Positions 51,631 to 60,056 of a stretch of DNA of 64,000 nucleotides are shown here, in pieces. Position numbers and translations under genes: made by a program. The stretch's first letter is position 1; each line of letters begins with the position of its first letter. This stretch comes from Lachnospiraceae bacterium (GTDB lineage Bacteria; Bacillota; Clostridia; Lachnospirales; Lachnospiraceae). The DNA lies in contig JAUNOI010000002.1 of NCBI GenBank assembly GCA_030531165.1, positions 17,552 to 81,551 on the forward strand, given 5' to 3'. A model generated the notes under the pieces. The model worked only from the letters and a program-made list of their open reading frames with translations. It searched no databases and was not told the DNA's origin.

Positions 51631-51800
51631 TGTGTATGTCCTCCTATAAAAAAGAAATAGGATTACATGGAACAAAGTCATATCCCCTTAATACTCTAAA
51701 TACTCTTTCTGTAATTCCTCTGCTATACAGTCTAAATGATGCACAATAAAAAAGCAATAGGATATGTAAAAAATTTACAATTTTTAGATTTCTTTAAGAT

Positions 51801-52859
51801 TTACTCCTCTCCCAGGAACGCCCTGACAAAGTTGAGAAATTGCTTCATCTCTTCATCCGTTCCAATCGTTATTCTTAAATAATTATCGATTCTTGGTTTA
51901 TCAAAGTAGCGTACAAAAATATCTTTTTCCTTTGCAGCTTCGAAAATATCTTTCGCCTTTGCTGATTTATGCGTAACAAATAAAAAATTTGATTTCGAAT
52001 CTTCAAAAGAAAAACCAAGTTCACTCATTTCATTTTTAAACCATTCTCTCGTATGGATGATTTTCTCCGTGGTCTCTCTAAAATATTCTTCATCTTCTAA
52101 CACAGCTGCTCCTATAGCAATCGCCGGTTGATTCATCGTATAGGAATTAAACGAGTATTTCACGTCGTTTAATGCTTTGATCAGCTCAGAATTACCCATT
52201 GCATATCCAATACGAAGTCCTGCGAGCGATCTGGATTTTGAATAGGTCTGTACAACCAGTAAATTCTCGTATTTTTTTAATAGAGGTTTTGCAGAAACAC
52301 CACCGAAATCAATATAGGCTTCATCTACAATGACGATCACATCCTGATTTGCCTTTAAAATATCTTCAATAAAATCCAGATCAACGAGCACTCCCGTTGG
52401 CGCATTTGGATTTGGAAAGATTATTCCGCCATTTGGTGCTTTATAATCCTCACTTTTTATATTAAAATGTTCGTCTAAAGCTTTCGTCTTATACGGAATT
52501 TTGAACAGGTCTGCCCAAACGTCATAAAATGAGTATGTAATATCAGGAAACAGAATCGGCTTATCCGAATTAAAAAAAGTCATAAAAGACATCGCTAAAA
52601 CATCATCCGATCCAACGCCAACAAAAACCTGATCGTCATTCAATCCATGATATTCTGCTAAAGCATGTACTAATTTGCTTGCTGCCGGATCCGGGTATAA
52701 TCTCCATCCGGTAATTTGATCCATCGTTTCCTGTACCTTTTTCGACGGTGGATATGGATTTTCATTTGTATTTAATTTAATCAAATTCGTGCGTTTTGGC
52801 TGTTCCCCCGGTGTATATGGAACAACCTGACGAATATTATCTCTCCAATTTCCCATCAT
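51801..52859 (-). CDS. hisC: Histidinol-phosphate aminotransferase
   Basis: KLNTNENPY, GVGSDD, NPNAPTG, DEAY, T.SK...LAGLR.G. Confidence 0.92.
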   Translation of the reverse strand: MMGNWRDNIRQVVPYTPGEQPKRTNLIKLNTNENPYPPSKKVQETMDQITGWRLYPDPAASKLVHALAEYHGLNDDQVFVGVGSDDVLAMSFMTFFNSDKPILFPDITYSFYDVWADLFKIPYKTKALDEHFNIKSEDYKAPNGGIIFPNPNAPTGVLVDLDFIEDILKANQDVIVIVDEAYIDFGGVSAKPLLKKYENLLVVQTYSKSRSLAGLRIGYAMGNSELIKALNDVKYSFNSYTMNQPAIAIGAAVLEDEEYFRETTEKIIHTREWFKNEMSELGFSFEDSKSNFLFVTHKSAKAKDIFEAAKEKDIFVRYFDKPRIDNYLRITIGTDEEMKQFLNFVRAFLGEE

Positions 52860-54055
52860 TACTTTTCTCCTTTGTATTCGTCAATTAATTTTTTAAACAA
52901 CGGTAATGCACCTTCAATACGTTCCGGATCCACACAATAGCTAATGCGCACATATCCAGGACATCCAAAACTGTCGCTCGGAACCAATAATAAATCATAT
53001 TTTTTTGCTGTTTCACAAAATGTTCCCGCATCATCTCCCAGTGCTTTCATAAACAGATAAAATGCTCCCCCGGGTTCTGCGCATTCATATCCCATAGCTG
53101 TCAATGCACTGTATAATCTTTCTCTGTTCTTTGCATAAACAGATAAATCAGCAGTGTCTGCAACACATCTTGCCACAACCTTTTGAAACATAGAAGGTAC
53201 ACATACATAGGATAACAATCTTGCAGATTGTACAAAAGCTCCCAACATAATATCAGCATCCGCAATTTTGTTCGTAAATGCGATATATCCAATACGTTCT
53301 CCCGGCAGTGAAAGAGATTTTGAATAGGAATAACATACGAATGTATTATCATAAAATCGAGGAACATAAGACACTTCAAATCCGTCATATACAATTTCCC
53401 GATACGGTTCGTCCGATATAATATAAATCGGATGTCCAAATTCCTTTTGTTTCTCTTCCAGCAAAGCTGCTAATTTCTGAATCGTTTCTTTTGAGTACAC
53501 AACTCCGGACGGATTATTTGGGGAATTGATCAAAACTGCTTTTGTATGCTCGTCCAGAACTGCTTCTAATTCCTCAAAATTAATCTGAAAACTTGGAATA
53601 TTCGCCGAAATAACTTCTAATTGTATATCTGCAGAAATGGCATATGCGCTATATTCCGGAAAAAATGGCGCAAACGTAATGATCTTATCTTCAGGATCAT
53701 TTTTCATCAATTGAAATAAAATCCCCAAAGAAGCAGCAGCACCATTCGTCATAAAAATGTTAGCTTCTGTATAATCCATACCGAATCTTTTATTTAGAGA
53801 CGTTGCAATCGTCTTACGAACTTCCGGAATTCCGGCATTAGGCGCATATCCATGTCGTTCTACCGGATTCTGCTCTTGCATAATATCATAAATTGCCCGA
53901 TCCACCGACTCAGGAGCCGGTACACTCGGATTTCCGATACTGAAATCATAGACATTTTCCGCACCAATCATGTTGGCACGCGCCATTCCATATTCAAATA
54001 TTTCACGAATAACAGATTTCTGCTTCGTCATCGATAACACTTTTTCTGACAGCAT
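52859..54055 (-). CDS. PLP-dependent class I/II aminotransferase (aspartate aminotransferase-like)
   Basis: DFSIGNP, NSPNNPSG, SDEPY, SYSKSLSLPGERIG. Confidence 0.88.
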   Translation of the reverse strand: MLSEKVLSMTKQKSVIREIFEYGMARANMIGAENVYDFSIGNPSVPAPESVDRAIYDIMQEQNPVERHGYAPNAGIPEVRKTIATSLNKRFGMDYTEANIFMTNGAAASLGILFQLMKNDPEDKIITFAPFFPEYSAYAISADIQLEVISANIPSFQINFEELEAVLDEHTKAVLINSPNNPSGVVYSKETIQKLAALLEEKQKEFGHPIYIISDEPYREIVYDGFEVSYVPRFYDNTFVCYSYSKSLSLPGERIGYIAFTNKIADADIMLGAFVQSARLLSYVCVPSMFQKVVARCVADTADLSVYAKNRERLYSALTAMGYECAEPGGAFYLFMKALGDDAGTFCETAKKYDLLLVPSDSFGCPGYVRISYCVDPERIEGALPLFKKLIDEYKGEK

Positions 54056-54130
54056 ATATTTATCCTCCTATTCGATAAAAACAGGTATGATTCTACCGAA
54101 CCATACCTGTCAAGATTATCTTTTCATTTA

Positions 54131-54886
54131 TTAACCAATTACATGACTCATATTGTAAAGTCCAGCCGGTTTGCCCGCCAGGTACATAGCCGCACTAACA
54201 GCACCTTTGCCAAAAATCGCTCTTGAATAAGCAGTATGTTTAAATTCGATTACTTCGTCCTGCCCTGCAAAGATCACTTCGTGTTCACCTACAATAGTTC
54301 CTCCGCGAACCGCAGAAATACCAATCTCCTTTTTCGGACGCTGCTCTCTTCTCTGACTTCTATCATAAACATATTCGTATTCATGATCCACAGCTTCATT
54401 CACAGCATCCGCCAATGCGAGTGCCGTTCCTGATGGAGCATCCAACTTTCTTCTATGATGCTTCTCAACAATATCAATATCGAAGCCTTCCGGAGCCAGC
54501 ACCGACGCTGCCTCTTTTAACAGTTTTAATAATGTATTAACACCAAGCGACATATTAGCGGAACGCAAGATTGCCACCTTTTTACTTGCATCTTCTAATT
54601 TCTTCAACTGTTCATCAGTAAGACCGGTAGTACATACAACAACCGGTATCTGCTTTTCAACGGCATAATCTAATAATGCATCAACAGCTGGTGCTGCCGA
54701 AAAATCTATAATGGCATCCGCTTTTACATCACATTTTTGAAGATCCGTAAATACCGGATAACAATTCTTTCCTTCGTCAAAACGGTCAATGCCGGCAACC
54801 ATTTCAGCACCATCTGTTTCTTCAACGATCTTGCTGATTACCTGCCCCATAACTCCATTACAGCCATGCATAATTAATTTTATCAT
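54131..54886 (-). CDS. dapB: 4-hydroxy-tetrahydrodipicolinate reductase
   Basis: G..G.MG, IDFS, CTTG, EKHH..KLDAPSGTA, R..F..GA. Confidence 0.96.
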   Translation of the reverse strand: MIKLIMHGCNGVMGQVISKIVEETDGAEMVAGIDRFDEGKNCYPVFTDLQKCDVKADAIIDFSAAPAVDALLDYAVEKQIPVVVCTTGLTDEQLKKLEDASKKVAILRSANMSLGVNTLLKLLKEAASVLAPEGFDIDIVEKHHRRKLDAPSGTALALADAVNEAVDHEYEYVYDRSQRREQRPKKEIGISAVRGGTIVGEHEVIFAGQDEVIEFKHTAYSRAIFGKGAVSAAMYLAGKPAGLYNMSHVIG

Positions 54887-54898
54887 TTTGTGTACCTC

Positions 54899-55783
54899 TT
54901 ATAAAATATTCATCTCTTTCATAATCGTAATCATCTTTTCTGCATTCTGAGGTTCCATCTCTGTCAATGGACCACGTACTGCTCCGCTGCAATATCCTAA
55001 TTCTGCCATCGCACGTTTTACCGGGATTGGATTTACTTCACAAAATAAGGCATTGATCAAATCGATGTATTTAATCTGTAACTCACGGCTCTTTTTAACA
55101 TCACCACGTAAAAAGCTTGCTACAATCTCATGAGTATCTGCCGGCACGACATTTGATAATACAGAAATAACACCTTTTCCACCTAACGACATGATTGGTA
55201 CAATCTGGTCATCATTACCGGAATATAGATCAATATCTCCTTGTGTCAGGTTCATGATGTTAGCAACCTGAGAGATATTGCCACTGGCTTCTTTGATACC
55301 GACAATTGTATCAACCTCTTTGACTAATTTTGCAGCCGTTGCCGGTGCAATGTTACATCCGGTTCTCCCAGGAACATTGTACATAATAACCGGTGTATCC
55401 GATGACTTTGCAATCTCTGTGTAATATTTAACTAAACCGCCCTGTGTTGCCTTGTTGTAATAAGGTGTGACTACTAATAATCCATCTACACCAATTTGTG
55501 CAGACTTCTCGGCAAGATATATAGCCTCCTTCGTACAATTAGATCCAGCACCCGCAATCACAGGAATACGTTTATTAACATGATCCACACATGCTTTCAC
55601 TACTTCTAACTGTTCATCATGAGACATCGTAGAAGCTTCACCTGTTGTTCCACAAATAATAATACTATCTGTTCCATTTTCAATCTGAAAATCAATTACT
55701 TTTTCAAGCTTATCATAATCTACAGATCCATCTGTTTTGAATGGTGTAATTAATGCAACACCAGCCCCTTCAAAAATTGCCAT
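54899..55783 (-). CDS. dapA: 4-hydroxy-tetrahydrodipicolinate synthase
   Basis: GTTGE, PYYNK, YNVPGRT, GIKEAS, SGND, NPIPVK. Confidence 0.97.
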   Translation of the reverse strand: MAIFEGAGVALITPFKTDGSVDYDKLEKVIDFQIENGTDSIIICGTTGEASTMSHDEQLEVVKACVDHVNKRIPVIAGAGSNCTKEAIYLAEKSAQIGVDGLLVVTPYYNKATQGGLVKYYTEIAKSSDTPVIMYNVPGRTGCNIAPATAAKLVKEVDTIVGIKEASGNISQVANIMNLTQGDIDLYSGNDDQIVPIMSLGGKGVISVLSNVVPADTHEIVASFLRGDVKKSRELQIKYIDLINALFCEVNPIPVKRAMAELGYCSGAVRGPLTEMEPQNAEKMITIMKEMNIL

Positions 55784-55808
55784 ATTCTTATGACCTCCTT
55801 TATTTTAC

Positions 55809-56303
55809 TCATTCGTATTGTTCTTTTTCTGTATTAATGCTGTATACATTATCTACCCATGGTTCTAGTTCCTTCGGCAGATAGTGACCAGTAAAAATCA
55901 TCTGCATATCATCATCTTTTTTCTGAATAAAAGATATCAGTTCATCCACCTCAATCAATCCTAACTCAACCAGACCTAATGCCTCATCTAATACAAGCAA
56001 ATCACACTGACAAGCATCAATTACCTTATTGGTGTAATTAATCGTATTCCGGATATTATTCCGTGTTTCTTCTTTCTCTGCATCTGTTAAATCATCATAA
56101 CACTTTCTCTGCTTCTCAAAAGTGAAAAACTGAATCTCCGGTTCCAGCCTTTTTAAATAATCAAGCTGTGCAGAATCCTTTCCTTTTAAAAAACGAACGA
56201 TAATCGCCTGTTTTCCATGACTGGCTGCGCGAATACAAACTCCAAGTGCTGCCGCCGTTTTCCCTTTCCCTAAGCCACAGAAGACTTCTACTTGTCCTTC
56301 CAT
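55809..56303 (-). CDS. Cob(I)yrinic acid a,c-diamide adenosyltransferase-like (CobO/BtuR family)
   Basis: G.GKGKT.AA.G...RA..HG, F.KG, LLVLDE, .TG motifs. Confidence 0.75.
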   Translation of the reverse strand: MEGQVEVFCGLGKGKTAAALGVCIRAASHGKQAIIVRFLKGKDSAQLDYLKRLEPEIQFFTFEKQRKCYDDLTDAEKEETRNNIRNTINYTNKVIDACQCDLLVLDEALGLVELGLIEVDELISFIQKKDDDMQMIFTGHYLPKELEPWVDNVYSINTEKEQYE

Positions 56304-56426
56304 ACTTTCACCTCATGTGTATTAATGTTAACAATACTTCTTTGTACTGTATATTATCTTTCATTTAGAAATTAAGATAACTCACTTTTATCGATTTATT
56401 GTATCACAATTAACGTAAAAATCCAA

Positions 56427-57041
56427 CTATTCTTCTTTAATTTCTAATTTATTAACGGAGATTTCATAAGCTATACGGCAGATCACCTCATTTTCTCCCA
56501 TTTTTTTCTGATACTTCCTGCTTTGAATTCTGCCCAATACCTGAATATGAGAACCAATCTCCAGATTGCCTGCAAACCTTGCATTTCTACCCCAGCAAAT
56601 GCATGGAATATAATCTGATTTTCCGTAAGCACGATTTACTGCTAATAAAATATCACAGATTTCCCTGCCCAGCGGAGTCATCCGATAAATAGGCTCTTTG
56701 CATATATAACCATCCAACATAATATAATTAGGTTTATGATTTTCATAACTGTCAATCCACTCTAATTCACGTACAAACAATGAGAGAACCAAATGATTTC
56801 TTTCATTTTCATGTTTGTTATAAGAACGGAACTGTCCCTTTGCTTCTAATTTCTTTCCTATGTAACTTTGATTTACATCTACAAGGCGGTCAGATATCAA
56901 TAGCGGAATCTCATCAAAAGCATCACTCAATCGCTTTACCTTAATTCTTAATCGATAAAATCCTTCACCAAAAATCTCATGGCTGAATTGAAAATCTGAA
57001 ATTACCTCACCTGCTACAATTGCCTGATTTGTCATCTTCAT
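56427..57041 (-). CDS. Clostridial tandem-OB-fold single-stranded DNA-binding-like protein
   Basis: FSHE..GE.FY, RLS...D, GQ.RSYN, R.TPLGREI.D, SDYIPCI.WGRNA, GR.QSR.Y. Confidence 0.8.
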   Translation of the reverse strand: MKMTNQAIVAGEVISDFQFSHEIFGEGFYRLRIKVKRLSDAFDEIPLLISDRLVDVNQSYIGKKLEAKGQFRSYNKHENERNHLVLSLFVRELEWIDSYENHKPNYIMLDGYICKEPIYRMTPLGREICDILLAVNRAYGKSDYIPCICWGRNARFAGNLEIGSHIQVLGRIQSRKYQKKMGENEVICRIAYEISVNKLEIKEE

Positions 57042-57072
57042 TTCTCCCTTCTTGTATAACTGGTAACGATAT

Positions 57073-57101
57073 AATGTATGATGCAAAGGGCTGAATTAGA
57101 C
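57073..57101 (-). promoter_or_regulatory. Putative sigma-E promoter of the ssb-like gene
   Basis: GTCTAAT-14-CATACATT. Confidence 0.55.
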
Positions 57102-57232
57102 TTTCTATTTTTGTCTATTTTCTGCTTTTTTTCTTCGAAGTATGCAGGTGAAATATTGTATTTTCCGACGAAACATCGATTTGCAGTCTTTATTCACAAA
57201 AACGGCAGTTCGACTTTAAGCCGGCATAAACT

Positions 57233-58000
57233 TTAACGGCTTAACCGTATTGCTTTATGACAATAGATGCTTGTCTGAATCAACCATAGGATAGCAACAA
57301 CAACGGATGCAAATATACCAACACCCAGGAAAAGATCCGCCAAGTAAGTAATCAGCCAGACAAACGGATAGATCGTTCCCATATATCGATAAGAAGACCA
57401 TGCCGATTGATACGTCTGCATCTTTTCTGCTTCATCACAGCTCTCCATCCACTTCTCCGTGAATTTCACGTCATAGACACTTCCTTTCTTTTCCGGGTTC
57501 ATTTCTTTTAAAAGATCAACAAACTTTTGCTGCATAAATACACTGGTAAACAAATTGATCACAAAAAAAGCAACCGCTATCGTAATAAAAAGAATCTCCA
57601 TCGTATGATACAGCAAGTAACTCATTAAAATCGCAAAACATGCAAAAGATACGATTGAATTCACAGCAACTCCCCATATTGCATACTGTGATCTAATCTC
57701 TATACGATTCGGACCCTCTTCATCCTCTCCATCCCATGCTTTTAATTGATTCCTGCATTTAACATAGGTGATCCATCCTGCAATATGCACCAAAAGGGCT
57801 ACTGCAATCATAATGATGAATGCTGCATATGTAATCAAATGCTCTCCAAAGAAAACATCTCCCTGCTCCACACGAAAACGAATCATCGTACCCGCGCCTC
57901 CAAGCAATCCTCCTACAAGGCCTCCTGCACAAATCAACAGTAAAAATATCGGTACTGCTCTCTTATTCTCTTTCTTAATCTCTTCTCTTCTGTCAGTCAT
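57233..58000 (-). CDS. DUF3169-like membrane protein
   Basis: Multi-TM; NPEK.G..., W..SCDEAE motif; GAGGAGG SD; overlaps the upstream XRE stop. Confidence 0.75.
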   Translation of the reverse strand: MTDRREEIKKENKRAVPIFLLLICAGGLVGGLLGGAGTMIRFRVEQGDVFFGEHLITYAAFIIMIAVALLVHIAGWITYVKCRNQLKAWDGEDEEGPNRIEIRSQYAIWGVAVNSIVSFACFAILMSYLLYHTMEILFITIAVAFFVINLFTSVFMQQKFVDLLKEMNPEKKGSVYDVKFTEKWMESCDEAEKMQTYQSAWSSYRYMGTIYPFVWLITYLADLFLGVGIFASVVVAILWLIQTSIYCHKAIRLSR

Positions 58001-58208
58001 GTTCTTGATCCTCCTCATACCAAAAAATCTCTTCTACCTGTACTTCAAAAACCTTTGCAATCTTTAGTGCCAAAGTGACAGATGGCGAATAATCCCCTCT
58101 CTCGATCTGACTGATCGTCTGTCTGGATACACCTGCCAGCTTCCCCATCTGCTGCTGATTCACACCAAGCCTTGCACGATATTCCTTTAATCTGTTATAT
58201 AATGGCAT
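57993..58208 (-). CDS. XRE/Cro-C1 helix-turn-helix regulator
   Basis: NRLKEYR...Q..G...GVSRQTIS.IERG.Y.PS..LA.KIA. Confidence 0.9.
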   Translation of the reverse strand: MPLYNRLKEYRARLGVNQQQMGKLAGVSRQTISQIERGDYSPSVTLALKIAKVFEVQVEEIFWYEEDQEHD

Positions 58209-58245
58209 CCAACCACCTCCAAACTCTAATTCATAGCCCCAAATT

Positions 58246-58317
58246 GTTAATGATTCTTGTCATTTTGACAACTTTCCTTGTCATTTTTATCTTATCATTC
58301 AGTCTGTATAGTGTCAA
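58246..58317 (-). promoter_or_regulatory. sigma-A promoter and tandem TGACA-N8-TGTCA-type operators of the xre-DUF3169 operon
   Basis: TTGACA-17-TAAGAT; TGACAAGGAAAGTTGTCA and a degenerate copy 21 bp downstream. Confidence 0.55.
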
Positions 58318-58370
58318 TACTTTTCATTTGATCTTAGACAAAAAATCTTTTCCCATTCCGGCATACAAAT

Positions 58371-58403
58371 AGGCGGGAAACCTTTTTAAAAGCTTTCCCG
58401 CCT
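58371..58403 (-). terminator. Terminator after MATE gene
   Basis: AGGCGGGAAA...TTTCCCGCCT. Confidence 0.7.
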
Positions 58404-58452
58404 TGCTCAACTTGTGAAATATGTCACACCTGATTAAATTTTTTCACGCATT

Positions 58453-59817
58453 TTAATCCCACAAAGGTTTTATCTCTTTTTTATATACATGCAATAAAAA
58501 TCCCGAACATAACAATACGGACATGACTTCCGCAATCGGAAATGACCACCAGATTACATCCAGACCGCCAATCCGAGACAATATATATGCGGACGGCAAC
58601 AGTACAACAAGCTGACGGATCAGCGATACAGCAAGACTCAGCACGCCATGCCCGAATGCCTGGAATGTCGAGGAAGAAATAATACAAAATCCTGCGAAAA
58701 TAAAGCTGAAGCTGATCGTTTTGAGTGCAGGAATACCGATTTTAAGCATCATATCCGAAGCGCTGAACATTTTAAGCAATGGTGCCGGACAGGTCTGCAT
58801 AATCAGAAATCCGATCAACATAATGCAGACTGCATAAATAATACTTAATTTGATCGTCTGTATAATACGGTCCGGCTTCCTTGCTCCATAATTAAATGCA
58901 ACGATCGGAACCATTCCATTATTCAGTCCGAACACCGGCATAAATACAAAACTCTGAAGTTTAAAATAAACACCAAAAACAGCAGTTGCTGTTGCAGAAA
59001 AAGCCATCAATATCTTATTCATACCAAATGTCATAACCGAACTTACAGATGCCATTATGATCGATGGAATTCCGATACTGTAAATATGACCGACTACATG
59101 AGCTGAAAGTTTGTATTTTAGCGGATGAACCTCTATCTCTTTATTAAACTTCACATTAAAAAACACAGCAACACAGCCGGCGATGATCTGCCCGGTTACA
59201 GTTGCGATCGCTGCACCGGCAACTTCCATTTTCGGAAAGCCGCACAATCCGAAAATCATGATCGGATCCAAAATAATATTGACCACCGAACCGATCAGCT
59301 GTGTGATCATCGAATAAATCGTTTTCCCGGTTGACTGCAACAATTTTTCGCTCATCATCTGTGTAAACATACCAAATGCCATAATACCGATAATACGAAT
59401 ATAAGTTGTCCCGTAATCGAGAATCGTTGGATTATCCGTCTGAATTTGAAAATAAAGATTACCAAATATTCCGATTAAGACCGCAAAAGCGATGTAGGTA
59501 AAGACCGCCAGTTTTAATCCGGTATTGGCAATTTTATTCGCATATTCCGTATCCTTTGCACCCAGTGAACGAGAAAGCAATGCATTAACACCGACTCCGG
59601 TTCCCGTTCCGAAAGCGATCATCAGATTCTGCACGGGGAATGCAAGAGAGACTGCGGTTAGTGCATCTTCATTTAGTTTTGCTACAAATATGCTGTCAAC
59701 AACATTATAAAGTGCCATGACCAACATCGAAAGCATCATCGGTATTGACATACTGATCAAAAGCTTATTCACCGGCATGACACCCATCTTATTTTCTTCT
59801 CTTACCTGTTCTGCCAT
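58453..59817 (-). CDS. MATE-family efflux transporter
   Basis: LYN.VD.IFV, NIILDP..IFG, GAAIAT, NYGA...R; about 12 TM. Confidence 0.92.
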   Translation of the reverse strand: MAEQVREENKMGVMPVNKLLISMSIPMMLSMLVMALYNVVDSIFVAKLNEDALTAVSLAFPVQNLMIAFGTGTGVGVNALLSRSLGAKDTEYANKIANTGLKLAVFTYIAFAVLIGIFGNLYFQIQTDNPTILDYGTTYIRIIGIMAFGMFTQMMSEKLLQSTGKTIYSMITQLIGSVVNIILDPIMIFGLCGFPKMEVAGAAIATVTGQIIAGCVAVFFNVKFNKEIEVHPLKYKLSAHVVGHIYSIGIPSIIMASVSSVMTFGMNKILMAFSATATAVFGVYFKLQSFVFMPVFGLNNGMVPIVAFNYGARKPDRIIQTIKLSIIYAVCIMLIGFLIMQTCPAPLLKMFSASDMMLKIGIPALKTISFSFIFAGFCIISSSTFQAFGHGVLSLAVSLIRQLVVLLPSAYILSRIGGLDVIWWSFPIAEVMSVLLCSGFLLHVYKKEIKPLWD

Positions 59818-59981
59818 AGTTTCCTCCCTTTTTCATTCAAATTCAGCTGCCAAAAAACTCTATTTTAAACGATGAAACGCAAATTATGACATCCGAATTC
59901 CTTAATATAAAATCATTATGTATTTTTCATCATATCATAAGGGACTATCTATAGCAAGAACCCAATGTCTTCGCACAAAAT

Positions 59982-60025
59982 GATCCGGAAAAATGGATCT
60001 TACCATTTTCCCGGATCTTCTTTTT
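59982..60025 (-). terminator. Terminator after amt-PII
   Basis: GATCCGG.AAAATGG...CCATTTT.CCGGATC inverted repeat. Confidence 0.65.
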
Positions 60026-60056
60026 CTTATTTCATATGTAATTGCAGATCAGTCTT

